Shown here piece after piece: positions 43,612-52,054 of a stretch of DNA of 56,835 bases. The position numbers and the translations under genes are program-made. The notes beneath the pieces were generated by a model, which searched no databases, had not been told where the DNA came from, and saw nothing but the letters and a program-made list of their open reading frames with translations. This DNA comes from Patescibacteria group bacterium (lineage in GTDB: Bacteria > Patescibacteriota > Microgenomatia > Woykebacterales > RBG-16-39-9b). The stretch spans positions 1 to 56,835 of the forward strand of contig JANWIZ010000016.1 of NCBI GenBank assembly GCA_025449635.1, in the 5' to 3' direction. Within the stretch, counting starts at the first letter, position 1. Each line of letters opens with the position of its first letter.

Positions 43612-45411
43612 ATGGAAGAACTAAAAAATAAACTTTCCCCAGAATCATATTCAAACTTAATAAAATGGTTAAACGAAGAAGAATTCATAGCGTATAAAGA
43701 AGAGTTAAATAAATTAATCACTGAAAAAAACTATCCTGAGCTTGAAGATGCCTTTTATACTCGAATCCGTATAGGAACGGGTGGTATTAGAGGAAAAATT
43801 GGAGCAGGACCAAACCGTATAAACTTTAGAACAATTGGTGAAGCCGCTCAAGGATTGGCAAACTTTATTGAAGATTTTGGTCAAGAAGCAAAGGACAGAG
43901 GAGTTGTGGTAAGCCATGAAGTCAGAAAACACTCTCGTGAATTCGCCAAACTAACTTGCAGTATTCTTGCAGCCAATGGAATTAAGACATTTCTTTTTGA
44001 TGGAATTCGGTCTACACCAGAAGTTTCTTTTACAGTGCGGCATTTGAAGTCTACTGCAGGGGTGCAGCTTACAGCCTCACATAACCCTCGAACCGATAAT
44101 GGTTTTAAGTTTTTTTGGACAGATGGCGGTCAGGTAGTCCCACCACTGGATCAAAAATTTATGCAGTTAGTTTTAGATGTAGCTGAAATAAAAAAATTGA
44201 GTTATGAAGAGGCGGAGCAGCAGGGACTCGTAAAAATAATTGGTAGTGAGATCGACAGTGTTTATTTCGAAAAAATAAAAGAACTTTCGTTAGTTGATAC
44301 TAGGTCCGCTAAAATTGCTTTTAGCCCATTGCATAGCTCTGGCTCTACCAACGCTTTACCCGTATTAAAAGCTGAGGGGTTTGATGTGACTGTTTTGGCA
44401 GAGCAAGCAGACCCGGACGAAAACTTTCCCGGCGCTTTTCGAGATTATATAAACCCTGAATTCAAAGAGGTTCTAGAACCGACAACAAAACTTGGAGAAG
44501 ACATAGGAGCTGATTTGGCTATTTGTACTGATCCAGATGGCTGTCGATTTGGGGCTGCCTTCAAGACAGAACTTGGTTCTAATAAATTAACCTATCTAAC
44601 TTCAAATGAAATTGCCTGTGCAATGCTTCACTTTATACTATCGTTGATGGAAGATAAAGGTAAACTATCAAAGGATTTGCTGTACATAAAGACTTACAAT
44701 TCAACGAGTCTTGCTAGTGATATTGCAAAAAGTTTTGGAATTAGTTTTGTTGACGATTTGATGGTTGGTTACAAATGGATTGGCCAGGTGGTTGAAAAAA
44801 TGGAAAATTCAAAAAACTTTATTTTTTCATTTGAGGATACTTGTGGTTATTGTCGGGGGGACTTTATTCGTGATAAAGATGGAGCGATTGGGGCTGTAAC
44901 TGCAGCTGAATTAGTGTCGTTTCTAAAAGATCAAGGCAAGACAATCACTCAATACTTGAACGAGATATATGCTAAATACGGTTACTATCGCAATATATTG
45001 TATCAGGTAGAGGTTGAGGGAAAAGAAGGTTTCGAAGATATCGTTAAATTTTACAAAGCTTTGAGAGAAAACCCGCCTAAGGAAATCGCAGGTTTAAAAG
45101 TCGTCAAGATTTTTGATCGCCTAGATGAAGAACAGAGAAAACCTGAAAATTACAAAGCTGGGGTTACAGGAGATGAGATTACTTTTATTCTTTCGGAAGA
45201 TGAGAAAATTCGTCTTTTGACTCGACCTTCCGGTACTCAGCCGCAATTTAAATATTACCTGCAGACTTTTGGAGCAGTTAATGATGATTTAGAGGAAGTT
45301 AAAAATGAAGTGGACCGTCTGGCTGAGAGAATCGAAGAATCAATGTATACTTTTCAAGACAAAATACTTGGTAAAAGACAAAGAGGACTTAAAATCATCA
45401 GTAATTGGTAA
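43612..45411 (+). CDS. Alpha-D-phosphohexomutase family protein (phosphoglucomutase/phosphomannomutase, PgcA-like)
   Basis: It has the active-site loop TASHNPRTDNGFKF, GTGGIRG near the N-terminus, the metal loop CTDPDGCR-like DPDGCR and the C-terminal RPSGTQP. ATG 43612 is preferred because the track start at 43546 lies inside the terminator. Confidence 0.88.
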   Translation: MEELKNKLSPESYSNLIKWLNEEEFIAYKEELNKLITEKNYPELEDAFYTRIRIGTGGIRGKIGAGPNRINFRTIGEAAQGLANFIEDFGQEAKDRGVVVSHEVRKHSREFAKLTCSILAANGIKTFLFDGIRSTPEVSFTVRHLKSTAGVQLTASHNPRTDNGFKFFWTDGGQVVPPLDQKFMQLVLDVAEIKKLSYEEAEQQGLVKIIGSEIDSVYFEKIKELSLVDTRSAKIAFSPLHSSGSTNALPVLKAEGFDVTVLAEQADPDENFPGAFRDYINPEFKEVLEPTTKLGEDIGADLAICTDPDGCRFGAAFKTELGSNKLTYLTSNEIACAMLHFILSLMEDKGKLSKDLLYIKTYNSTSLASDIAKSFGISFVDDLMVGYKWIGQVVEKMENSKNFIFSFEDTCGYCRGDFIRDKDGAIGAVTAAELVSFLKDQGKTITQYLNEIYAKYGYYRNILYQVEVEGKEGFEDIVKFYKALRENPPKEIAGLKVVKIFDRLDEEQRKPENYKAGVTGDEITFILSEDEKIRLLTRPSGTQPQFKYYLQTFGAVNDDLEEVKNEVDRLAERIEESMYTFQDKILGKRQRGLKIISNW

Positions 45412-45438
45412 TTACTATTAAATTAAGGAAAGTTAAAA

Positions 45439-46197
45439 ATGATCGAAACAGCAATAAAAGCGGCAAAACTCGCTGGAGAGAAACTCGAATACTATTTTGA
45501 AACTATTCTTGAGAAAGTAGAAAAGGAAGATAAATCCTTTGTAACTAAAGCTGATACAGAAGCTGATGAAATAATTATCAACTTGATCAAAGAAAATCAT
45601 CCAGGGCATCAAATCCTTACAGAAGAAAACGGCTTAATTGGTAAGGAAAGTGAATTTACTTGGGTCATCGATCCCCTTGACGGCACGCTAAATTTTACTC
45701 GCGGAATTCCAATTTTTTCTACATCTATAGCAGTGCTACAAAATAATATTCCAGTGATCTCAGTTGTTTATAATCCGATCACAAATTCTCTCTATTCTGC
45801 AGAAAAAGGAAAAGGAGCAACTTGGAATGGAGAAAAGATGTCAGTTTCTGATATTGAGTCGACAAAAGATTCAATTGTTTCGATGGGTAGAGCTCGTGAC
45901 GGAGAGAGTAAAGCGAAAACACTCGATATTTATAATAAGTTTTATCACAATTTAAAATCACAGCGGGTTCTTGGGAGCGCAGCTTTGGAACTTGCTTGGG
46001 TAGCCTCAGGCAGATTAGAGGGGTTTATTTCGATTGGACTCAAGGGTTGGGATTGTTTTGGTGGGGTGTTGTTGATCGAAGAGGCAGGCGGAAAACTTAC
46101 AGATTTTTCTGGTAAAGGATGGACTAATTCCTGTACTGATTTCGTTGCCAGCAATGGTAATATTCATCAAGAATTGTTGGATATAATTAATTCTTGA
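45439..46197 (+). CDS. Inositol monophosphatase family protein (SuhB-like)
   Basis: 252 aa. It has the motifs LTEE, WVIDPLDGT and WDCFGG-type WD...G near the C-terminus. Confidence 0.88.
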   Translation: MIETAIKAAKLAGEKLEYYFETILEKVEKEDKSFVTKADTEADEIIINLIKENHPGHQILTEENGLIGKESEFTWVIDPLDGTLNFTRGIPIFSTSIAVLQNNIPVISVVYNPITNSLYSAEKGKGATWNGEKMSVSDIESTKDSIVSMGRARDGESKAKTLDIYNKFYHNLKSQRVLGSAALELAWVASGRLEGFISIGLKGWDCFGGVLLIEEAGGKLTDFSGKGWTNSCTDFVASNGNIHQELLDIINS

Positions 46198-46230
46198 CAG
46201 TTTTTCACAATTAGGTCGATAATTAAACTA

Positions 46231-46383
46231 ATGGATCATTATGTTCGCAAGATCAGTCATGAATTTCGTCGATTAGATACTTTCGAGGATGCATCAAAAC
46301 TTTTGATTGTTATCGGGCTACTGCTTTTTACTGGAATCCCGTTGACAGTTATGGCAATATTTACAATTGCTTCCTTTGCATAA
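46231..46383 (+). CDS. Candidate 50-aa single-TM protein upstream of the ABC permease
   Basis: It reads MDHYVRKISHEFRRLDTFEDASKLLIVIGLLLFTGIPLTVMAIFTIASFA*. It is below the ORF-track size cutoff. No clear SD was seen, so it is tentative. Confidence 0.35.
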   Translation: MDHYVRKISHEFRRLDTFEDASKLLIVIGLLLFTGIPLTVMAIFTIASFA

Positions 46384-46427
46384 ATCTCTTTATCTAAAAA
46401 GTTAATTGTGGCATCATTAAGTAGAGC

Positions 46428-47537
46428 ATGATTTCAATTGCCCTAAGGAATCTTTTCGGAGAAAAAACTCGCTTTGTAATCTCTATTGGTGGAGTTGCCT
46501 TCAGCGTAATGCTTATTCTCACAATTGTCTCATTATTTCGTGGTTGGCAAATACGTTCTACTCAATATATCCGTGATATAGACACAGATATTTATGTAAC
46601 ACAAAACGGTTCTTCAGATATCACAAGCAGCGCTTCCATAATCCCAATAGAAATCAAAAGCCAGATTGAGAATATTGATGGTGTAACCGAAGTAAACAGA
46701 TTCATTGGTCGTCCTTTGCAGTTCCAGATAAAAGACAGAGATGTAAATGCCTATCTAGTTGGTTATGACACAAAAAAGAAAATTGCTGGTCCAACCAAAA
46801 TTATCAAAGGAAAAGCAGAACCAGGTAAAGATGAAATTGTTTTGGATAAGGTTTTAATGACTACTAACAAGTTGGCGATCAATGAGTACATTGAGATCTT
46901 TGATCGGCCTTTCAAAATAGTTGGAATCGCCGAGGGGGCTAATATGTTTGTTTTCCAGTTTTCGTTTATCAATCAAGAGGAAGCTAAGGAAATTTTTAAG
47001 ATGGATTCTTTAGCCACCTTTTTGCTGGTAAAAACGCAAAAAGACAAAATTCAATCAGTGATTGATGAGGTTAACAAAATTGACGGTTTGGAAGCTATGG
47101 ATAAAGCTGAATTTGTTGAGAGAAACAAACGTATTTTGAATGAAGTGTTTATCCCAATAATCTCTGTACTGGTCATAATTAGTATTTTAGTAGGCACAGC
47201 TGTGATTGGGCTGACGATCTACACCGCGACTGTGGAAAAAGCAAGAGAATTCGGAGTGTTAAAGGCATTAGGTGCCTCAAATATGCAAATTTATAGAATA
47301 ATATTTGAGCAATCTTTAGTTTCTGGTGTGATTGGTTATATAGTTGGGGTTGCTGCAACCTATTTCTTCCTCTGGCTAATACCGATTTATGTCCCAGTGT
47401 TTGTTACAGTTACATTACTTGAGGATTTAGCTTGGGTTTTTGGTGTCTCAATACTTATGAGTGTTATTTCAAGCTATACTCCAGTCCGACGGATAGTGCG
47501 GATTGACCCAGCGTTGGTTTTTAATTCTACTAGATAG
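46428..47537 (+). CDS. ABC transporter permease, FtsX/MacB type
   Basis: 369 aa. It has TM1, an approximately 200-aa extracytoplasmic domain, and then 3 TM containing EFGVLKALGAS (FtsX-domain motif). Confidence 0.85.
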   Translation: MISIALRNLFGEKTRFVISIGGVAFSVMLILTIVSLFRGWQIRSTQYIRDIDTDIYVTQNGSSDITSSASIIPIEIKSQIENIDGVTEVNRFIGRPLQFQIKDRDVNAYLVGYDTKKKIAGPTKIIKGKAEPGKDEIVLDKVLMTTNKLAINEYIEIFDRPFKIVGIAEGANMFVFQFSFINQEEAKEIFKMDSLATFLLVKTQKDKIQSVIDEVNKIDGLEAMDKAEFVERNKRILNEVFIPIISVLVIISILVGTAVIGLTIYTATVEKAREFGVLKALGASNMQIYRIIFEQSLVSGVIGYIVGVAATYFFLWLIPIYVPVFVTVTLLEDLAWVFGVSILMSVISSYTPVRRIVRIDPALVFNSTR

Positions 47538-47539
47538 AT

Positions 47540-48382
47540 ATGGAATTTACACACCCTGAGGTATTAAAAATTGAAAAGCTTTCCAAAGTTTACGGGGTTG
47601 GGAATATTGAAGTACGGGCTGTCGATCATGTAGATCTTATAGCCAGTGGTGGTGAAATAATATTGATCATGGGACCCTCTGGAAGTGGAAAGACGACACT
47701 TATTACCATTGCTGGAGCTTTACTCAAACCAACATCAGGTTCAGTTTATATAGATGGTCAAAATATTGTAACATTGCCAGAACGAGAAAGGATTTGGTTA
47801 AGAAGAAATAAAATTGGTTTTGTTTTTCAAGCATTTAACCTTTTGTCCAATCTAACAACTTCAGAGAACGTATTTATTCCATTAGGTCTTTCTGGCATAA
47901 ATCGTAGCCTAGCAAGGAAAAAAGTTGATGGTTTATTAGAAGAATTTGATCTTGGAAATCGAGCTAGTTTTACTCCAGAAAAGCTTTCAGGTGGAGAAAA
48001 ACAGCGAGTTTCTATTGCCCGGGCTCTGGTCAACGATCCTAAACTTATTTTGGCTGATGAGCCAACTGCCAATCTTGATTCGCAACGAGGTCGTGAAGTG
48101 ATGCGATTACTTCGTTCAGTCGCCAAAAATATGGGGAAGACTGTGATTATAGTTAGTCATGATCAGAGATTGATGGAAATCGCTGATAGAGTTTTGTGGA
48201 TGGAAGATGGCAGAATCAAAGCTTTCGAAAATCTCGAAGCAGATCCGAATTGCGGAGCAAGTGTAGAAGTACGTAGTTCAACACCAAAACTAGACTATAG
48301 AGGTAAGAAATACTTCTTTTGTAGCAAGGATTGTAAGAGCGAATATGTTCAGAAGAATAAAATTCCTGCAAGTTACTTCTAA
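47540..48382 (+). CDS. ABC transporter ATP-binding protein fused to a C-terminal YHS/TRASH-type metal-binding domain
   Basis: It has Walker A GPSGSGKTT, LSGGEKQR, ILADEPT and VSHD. The C-terminal DPNCGASVEV...YRGKKYFFCSKDCKSEY matches the YHS pattern DPVCGM......Y.G..YYFCS..C...F. Confidence 0.85.
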   Translation: MEFTHPEVLKIEKLSKVYGVGNIEVRAVDHVDLIASGGEIILIMGPSGSGKTTLITIAGALLKPTSGSVYIDGQNIVTLPERERIWLRRNKIGFVFQAFNLLSNLTTSENVFIPLGLSGINRSLARKKVDGLLEEFDLGNRASFTPEKLSGGEKQRVSIARALVNDPKLILADEPTANLDSQRGREVMRLLRSVAKNMGKTVIIVSHDQRLMEIADRVLWMEDGRIKAFENLEADPNCGASVEVRSSTPKLDYRGKKYFFCSKDCKSEYVQKNKIPASYF

Positions 48383-48395
48383 TATTGAAAACGAT

Positions 48396-49484
48396 TTACC
48401 AATCGGGTAAGAAATCTCGATAATTCTGTGAATTAATTACGACTTGTCCTTCGTTTCCCTCAACAATCTTTCTGGCAACTTTACGTAAAACTCCATCAAT
48501 TGTTCGTTGGATATTTCGAATGTCGATCTCATAACCAAAAGGTTTAATTAGAAATGGCCAGACATCATCTTCGAAAATAACTTTTTCCGGGTCAACCGCG
48601 GTAATTGCCAACTCTCTCGGTAAAAGGTAGTCGCGAGCAATTTTGACTTTATCCTCATCAGTGTAGCGTGGCATGAGAACTATTTCCAACCGATCCATTA
48701 CGGCTGGAGTGATATTGCCCATCCGGTTGGCAGAACAAATAAATAATACTTCAGATAAATCAACTGGGTAGTTGACATAGTAGTCAGTAAAAGCACTGTT
48801 TTGTTCAGGATCCAAAAGTTCCAAAAGAACACCCATGATATCGCTTTCAGCCCCTCGAGCAATTGAGTCAATTTCGTCTAGTAGTATGACTGGATTTCGG
48901 GTTCCTGCCCGAATCATGGTTTTAACAATCGCACCAGGCTCAGAAGCGGCGTAGGAACGTGGTTGTCCTCGAAGTACCATTGGATTGCTCATACCACCCA
49001 TCGCAATACGTCCAAAACTCCGCCCTAGTGCATTGGCGATAGATTCGGCGAATGAGGTTTTTCCAGTTCCAGGTAAACCAACAAAGCAAATAACATTGGA
49101 GCGAAAACTTCGAATTATTCCCTCCGAATCTTCGGTTTGATGTAGTTTAAGTACCGCTAAGTACTCTAAAATCCTGGATTTAATTTTTTCCAATCCAAAG
49201 TGACTTTGGTCAAGGATCTCCTTTGCTTTAGGTAGGTCCAAATTATCTTCAGATCGAACAGCCCAGGGTATACCAAGAAGCCATTCAACGTAGTGAGCCG
49301 TTTGCTCGTACTCCTGCTGGTAAACACCATGCTTCATCGCTCGATTTAGTCGGGTAAGAGATTCAATTAAAGTTTCTTTCAAATCAGGTGGGATAGTAGC
49401 GGCTTCGACTTTGTCGAGTAGAGATTGTATTTCAAATAGAGTATTGTCTCCAGAGGAGCGATCAGATTTTTCGGCAGTAGGCAT
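48396..49484 (-). CDS. Lon-like AAA+ ATPase module without a LON N-domain or protease domain
   Basis: 362 aa. It is colinear with the Lon ATPase region: LLGIPW, HFGLEKIKSRILEYLAV, Walker A GLPGTGKTS, RGQPRSY (Lon has RGHRRTY), Walker B ILLDEID, LLELLDPEQNSAFTDYY and MDRLEIV. The protein ends before any Ser-Lys protease domain. Confidence 0.8.
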   Translation of the reverse strand: MPTAEKSDRSSGDNTLFEIQSLLDKVEAATIPPDLKETLIESLTRLNRAMKHGVYQQEYEQTAHYVEWLLGIPWAVRSEDNLDLPKAKEILDQSHFGLEKIKSRILEYLAVLKLHQTEDSEGIIRSFRSNVICFVGLPGTGKTSFAESIANALGRSFGRIAMGGMSNPMVLRGQPRSYAASEPGAIVKTMIRAGTRNPVILLDEIDSIARGAESDIMGVLLELLDPEQNSAFTDYYVNYPVDLSEVLFICSANRMGNITPAVMDRLEIVLMPRYTDEDKVKIARDYLLPRELAITAVDPEKVIFEDDVWPFLIKPFGYEIDIRNIQRTIDGVLRKVARKIVEGNEGQVVINSQNYRDFLPDW

Positions 49485-49575
49485 AGATTCGATCCTTATC
49501 CTAGCAAGGTTAAACGATTTTTACTTTCTTGTAAAGAGTTGAAAACGTTACATTTTCTGGCATAATTGCTGAGAT

Positions 49576-50250
49576 ATGACAAGTGGTATTAGACACATAG
49601 CAATCATAATGGATGGAAATCGTCGCTGGGCAAAAGCAAAAGGTGTTGTTGTTAAAGAAGGTCACAAGGAAGGTGTAGAAGCGCTTGAAAGGACTGTAAA
49701 AGGTGCAATTAAAGAAGAGATAAAGTACCTAACTGTCTACGCACTTTCAACCGAAAATCTCAAAGAGCGCCAAAAAAGTGAACTCAAGGATTTATTTTCT
49801 TTAATCAAGGATGGTTTTATAAACAAACTCCCAATTTTAAAAAAAGAAGGTGTTAGAGTAAATTTTTTTGGAAATGTGGAAAAACTGCCTTTTACGGTGC
49901 GCAAAACCCTTGAAACAACCGAGAAAGCTTTGCAAAGTAATACAGCCTTAATATTAAATATTGCAATTAGTTACGGTTCTCGAGAAGAAATTCTGCAAGC
50001 AGCCAAAAAAATTAATCAAGCAAATCTAAACGAAAAGATTTTTTCCGAAAGCCTTTACACAAAAACCACCCCTGATCCTGAGTTGATAATTCGAACTGGA
50101 GGACAGAAAAGACTGTCAAACTTCTTGCTTTGGCAAGCAGCTTACAGCGAGCTATATTTTACTGATGTTTTGTGGCCAGAATTTGATGAGAAGGAATTAA
50201 AAAAAGCGATTAGAGAGTTTGAACGAAGAAAAAGAAACTTCGGGGCTTAA
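49576..50250 (+). CDS. uppS: Isoprenyl transferase (undecaprenyl-diphosphate synthase family)
   Basis: 224 aa. It has HIAIIMDGNRRWA, YALSTEN, IRTGGQKRLSNFLLWQ and ELYFTD. Confidence 0.92.
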   Translation: MTSGIRHIAIIMDGNRRWAKAKGVVVKEGHKEGVEALERTVKGAIKEEIKYLTVYALSTENLKERQKSELKDLFSLIKDGFINKLPILKKEGVRVNFFGNVEKLPFTVRKTLETTEKALQSNTALILNIAISYGSREEILQAAKKINQANLNEKIFSESLYTKTTPDPELIIRTGGQKRLSNFLLWQAAYSELYFTDVLWPEFDEKELKKAIREFERRKRNFGA

Positions 50251-50310
50251 GTTTGATTAAGTTCCAGGAATTGCATTACTTTTTCGAACGAAGTGAGGAA
50301 ATGAATGTGA

Positions 50311-51072
50311 TTATGTCCCCGGAATCGCATTATTCGCAAAGAGAAATATCCCGATCGCTACGATTATTGCTACTACCAAAATTACAAAAATAACAATTGG
50401 AAATCCACCGTGATGCTCGTCCTCTTCAGCGGTTGGTATTGGAGTCGTTGGTGCAACTGGATCTGTGCCTTCAGTGTGAGCTTGCCAAGGCGGTGGGGCG
50501 TTTTCCAATCCTGGTGTAGTCGTTGGAGCTGTTTCGGTAGTTGGTGCAACCGAAGGATCTTGTTTTAACCAAGCTGGACCTGTCTCACCACCGGCACTAT
50601 TCTCAATCGTTGAAGGTGGCTCAGGTGTTGTCGTAGTAGCTAAATTATCTGTTGGAGCTGGTGTTGAAGGAATCGTTGAAGAAGAAACTTCAGAAGACGA
50701 CTCTACCATTGGTTGACTAGGTACAACTGGTTCTGTATTAGCAATTGGTGCAGACTCCATAACTGGACTGCTGGTGGGTTCGGCAGGTGTGCTAACTGGT
50801 GCGGCGACTGGTTCTGCTGAAGGGGTTTCCATGACTGGAATCGCAGGTGCAGGTGGTGGAGGAGCTGCCTCCATGACACTTGGACTTGCAGTCGTAACTC
50901 CAGCTGGAGGTTCTGAAACAGGTGCATTAGTTGGTGTTGTTTGAGTTTCGGGAACACTAGTTGAAACAGGACTACTAACCGGTGTCGTTACTTCTGAAGG
51001 ATTAGGTGTTGTAGGATTTGGATTTGATTCAGTCGGGTTAGTTGCTGGGTTTGTATTTTGGTCTTCGGGCAT
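50311..51072 (-). CDS. Pro/Thr/Ser-rich low-complexity protein with a C-terminal membrane anchor
   Basis: A start at MPEDQNT (complement of 51070-51072) is preferred over 51156. About 220 aa of P/T/S/E/V-rich sequence carry recurring PVME(T/S) units, followed by HHGGFPIVIFVILVVAIIVAIGIFLFA. No signal peptide is seen. Confidence 0.6.
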   Translation of the reverse strand: MPEDQNTNPATNPTESNPNPTTPNPSEVTTPVSSPVSTSVPETQTTPTNAPVSEPPAGVTTASPSVMEAAPPPPAPAIPVMETPSAEPVAAPVSTPAEPTSSPVMESAPIANTEPVVPSQPMVESSSEVSSSTIPSTPAPTDNLATTTTPEPPSTIENSAGGETGPAWLKQDPSVAPTTETAPTTTPGLENAPPPWQAHTEGTDPVAPTTPIPTAEEDEHHGGFPIVIFVILVVAIIVAIGIFLFANNAIPGT

Positions 51073-51171
51073 TTTATATTTACAAACTGCTTTTCGGATT
51101 GAGCAGTAACTCCTTTGCCAATAGGTTATATTATCGACATTTACTGTGTCAAGCACTTATTTTTAGCCTTG

Positions 51172-51208
51172 AAAAAAGGTAGTCGAGTGGTTGGTTTGCC
51201 CGACTACC
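51172..51208 (-). terminator. Intrinsic terminator of plsY, overlapping its stop codon
   Basis: On the minus strand, the 8-bp stem GGTAGTCG/CGACTACC (51201-51208 paired with 51178-51185) with a 15-nt loop is followed by TTTTTT. Confidence 0.6.
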
Positions 51209-51833
51209 ATAAAAGTTTTGGTTTGGTTCGATGTTCTTTACCTTCAATAAGCCTTTTGATGTTTCCTGAGTGCATGATTATAATCAAGGAAACCTCTGCC
51301 AGAAGGCCAACGAAATACCAAGTTGATACCAGACCCATCAAAAACAACACGAGGATAGTTAGGACTCCAATCAGAGAACCCAGTAATGATCCAAGTGAAA
51401 CGAACCCTCTAGAGATCAGTATGGCAGCGACAAAAACAGTAATTGTCGGGGCAAACGCTATCCACAGGTAAGGTTGTGCAGTTGCCAGAGCGAAAAAACC
51501 ACCAGCAGTTGTTGACACCGCCTTACCACCCTTGAAGCCCAAGAAAATAGATCGCGAATGACCGATACTGACGGACACCGCGACTAGAATGTGAAGCAAT
51601 TCTTTATCAGGCCAAAGTGATATCACTACAAAAGTGGGTAGGAAGGCTTTCGAGACATCAAAAACCGCTACAAGCGAGGCTAAAATAAAGCCAACTTTTC
51701 TACTTACTCTGGTTGCTCCTGTCCAGGCCTGATCTGTCTCCAAGATGTCTTCTTTACTCACTTTATTGACAACAAAGCGGCTGATTGAAAAAGATCCGCA
51801 CAAATAAGCTGCCAGGATTAGAAGAATTTCCAA
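51204..51833 (-). CDS. plsY: Glycerol-3-phosphate acyltransferase PlsY
   Basis: 209 aa with multiple TMs. It has GSFSISR-type N-terminus, ATRVSRK-like and GHSRSIFLGFKGGKAVSTTAG motifs. Confidence 0.88.
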   Translation of the reverse strand: MEILLILAAYLCGSFSISRFVVNKVSKEDILETDQAWTGATRVSRKVGFILASLVAVFDVSKAFLPTFVVISLWPDKELLHILVAVSVSIGHSRSIFLGFKGGKAVSTTAGGFFALATAQPYLWIAFAPTITVFVAAILISRGFVSLGSLLGSLIGVLTILVLFLMGLVSTWYFVGLLAEVSLIIIMHSGNIKRLIEGKEHRTKPKLLW

Positions 51834-51907
51834 CCCCTTCTCCTTTCTGACTTGAGCAGATGGCTTATTTTATGGTAAAATCGCTAGGTTTTCAAGGTTT
51901 ATTACGT

Positions 51908-51983
51908 GGCCCCGTCGTCTAGTGGTTAGGATACTGGGTTTTCATCCCAGAGATCGCGGGTTCGAATCCCGCCGGGGTCACCA
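51908..51983 (+). tRNA. tRNA-Glu (anticodon UUC), CCA encoded
   Basis: It folds by hand into a cloverleaf: acceptor GGCCCCG/CGGGGTC, anticodon stem CTGGG/CCCAG with loop TTTTCAT, T-arm GCGGG-TTCGAAT-CCCGC, and 3' ACCA. Confidence 0.92.
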
Positions 51984-52054
51984 AATTGACTGACATATCA
52001 GGAATAAATAGAATTTTTTGACAACTTATCAATAACTCCTCATAATTTAAGTTA

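Noticed and set aside
43425-43631. 68-aa ORF (MHHDRDCIRF...) in the intergenic mini-locus
   Set aside because: It runs straight through the 11-bp terminator hairpin and U-run, has no SD, and overlaps the better-supported 30-codon ORF in another frame.
51115-51471. 118-aa plus-strand ORF overlapping plsY
   Set aside because: It is antisense to plsY, which has clear family motifs, and its sequence is not protein-like.
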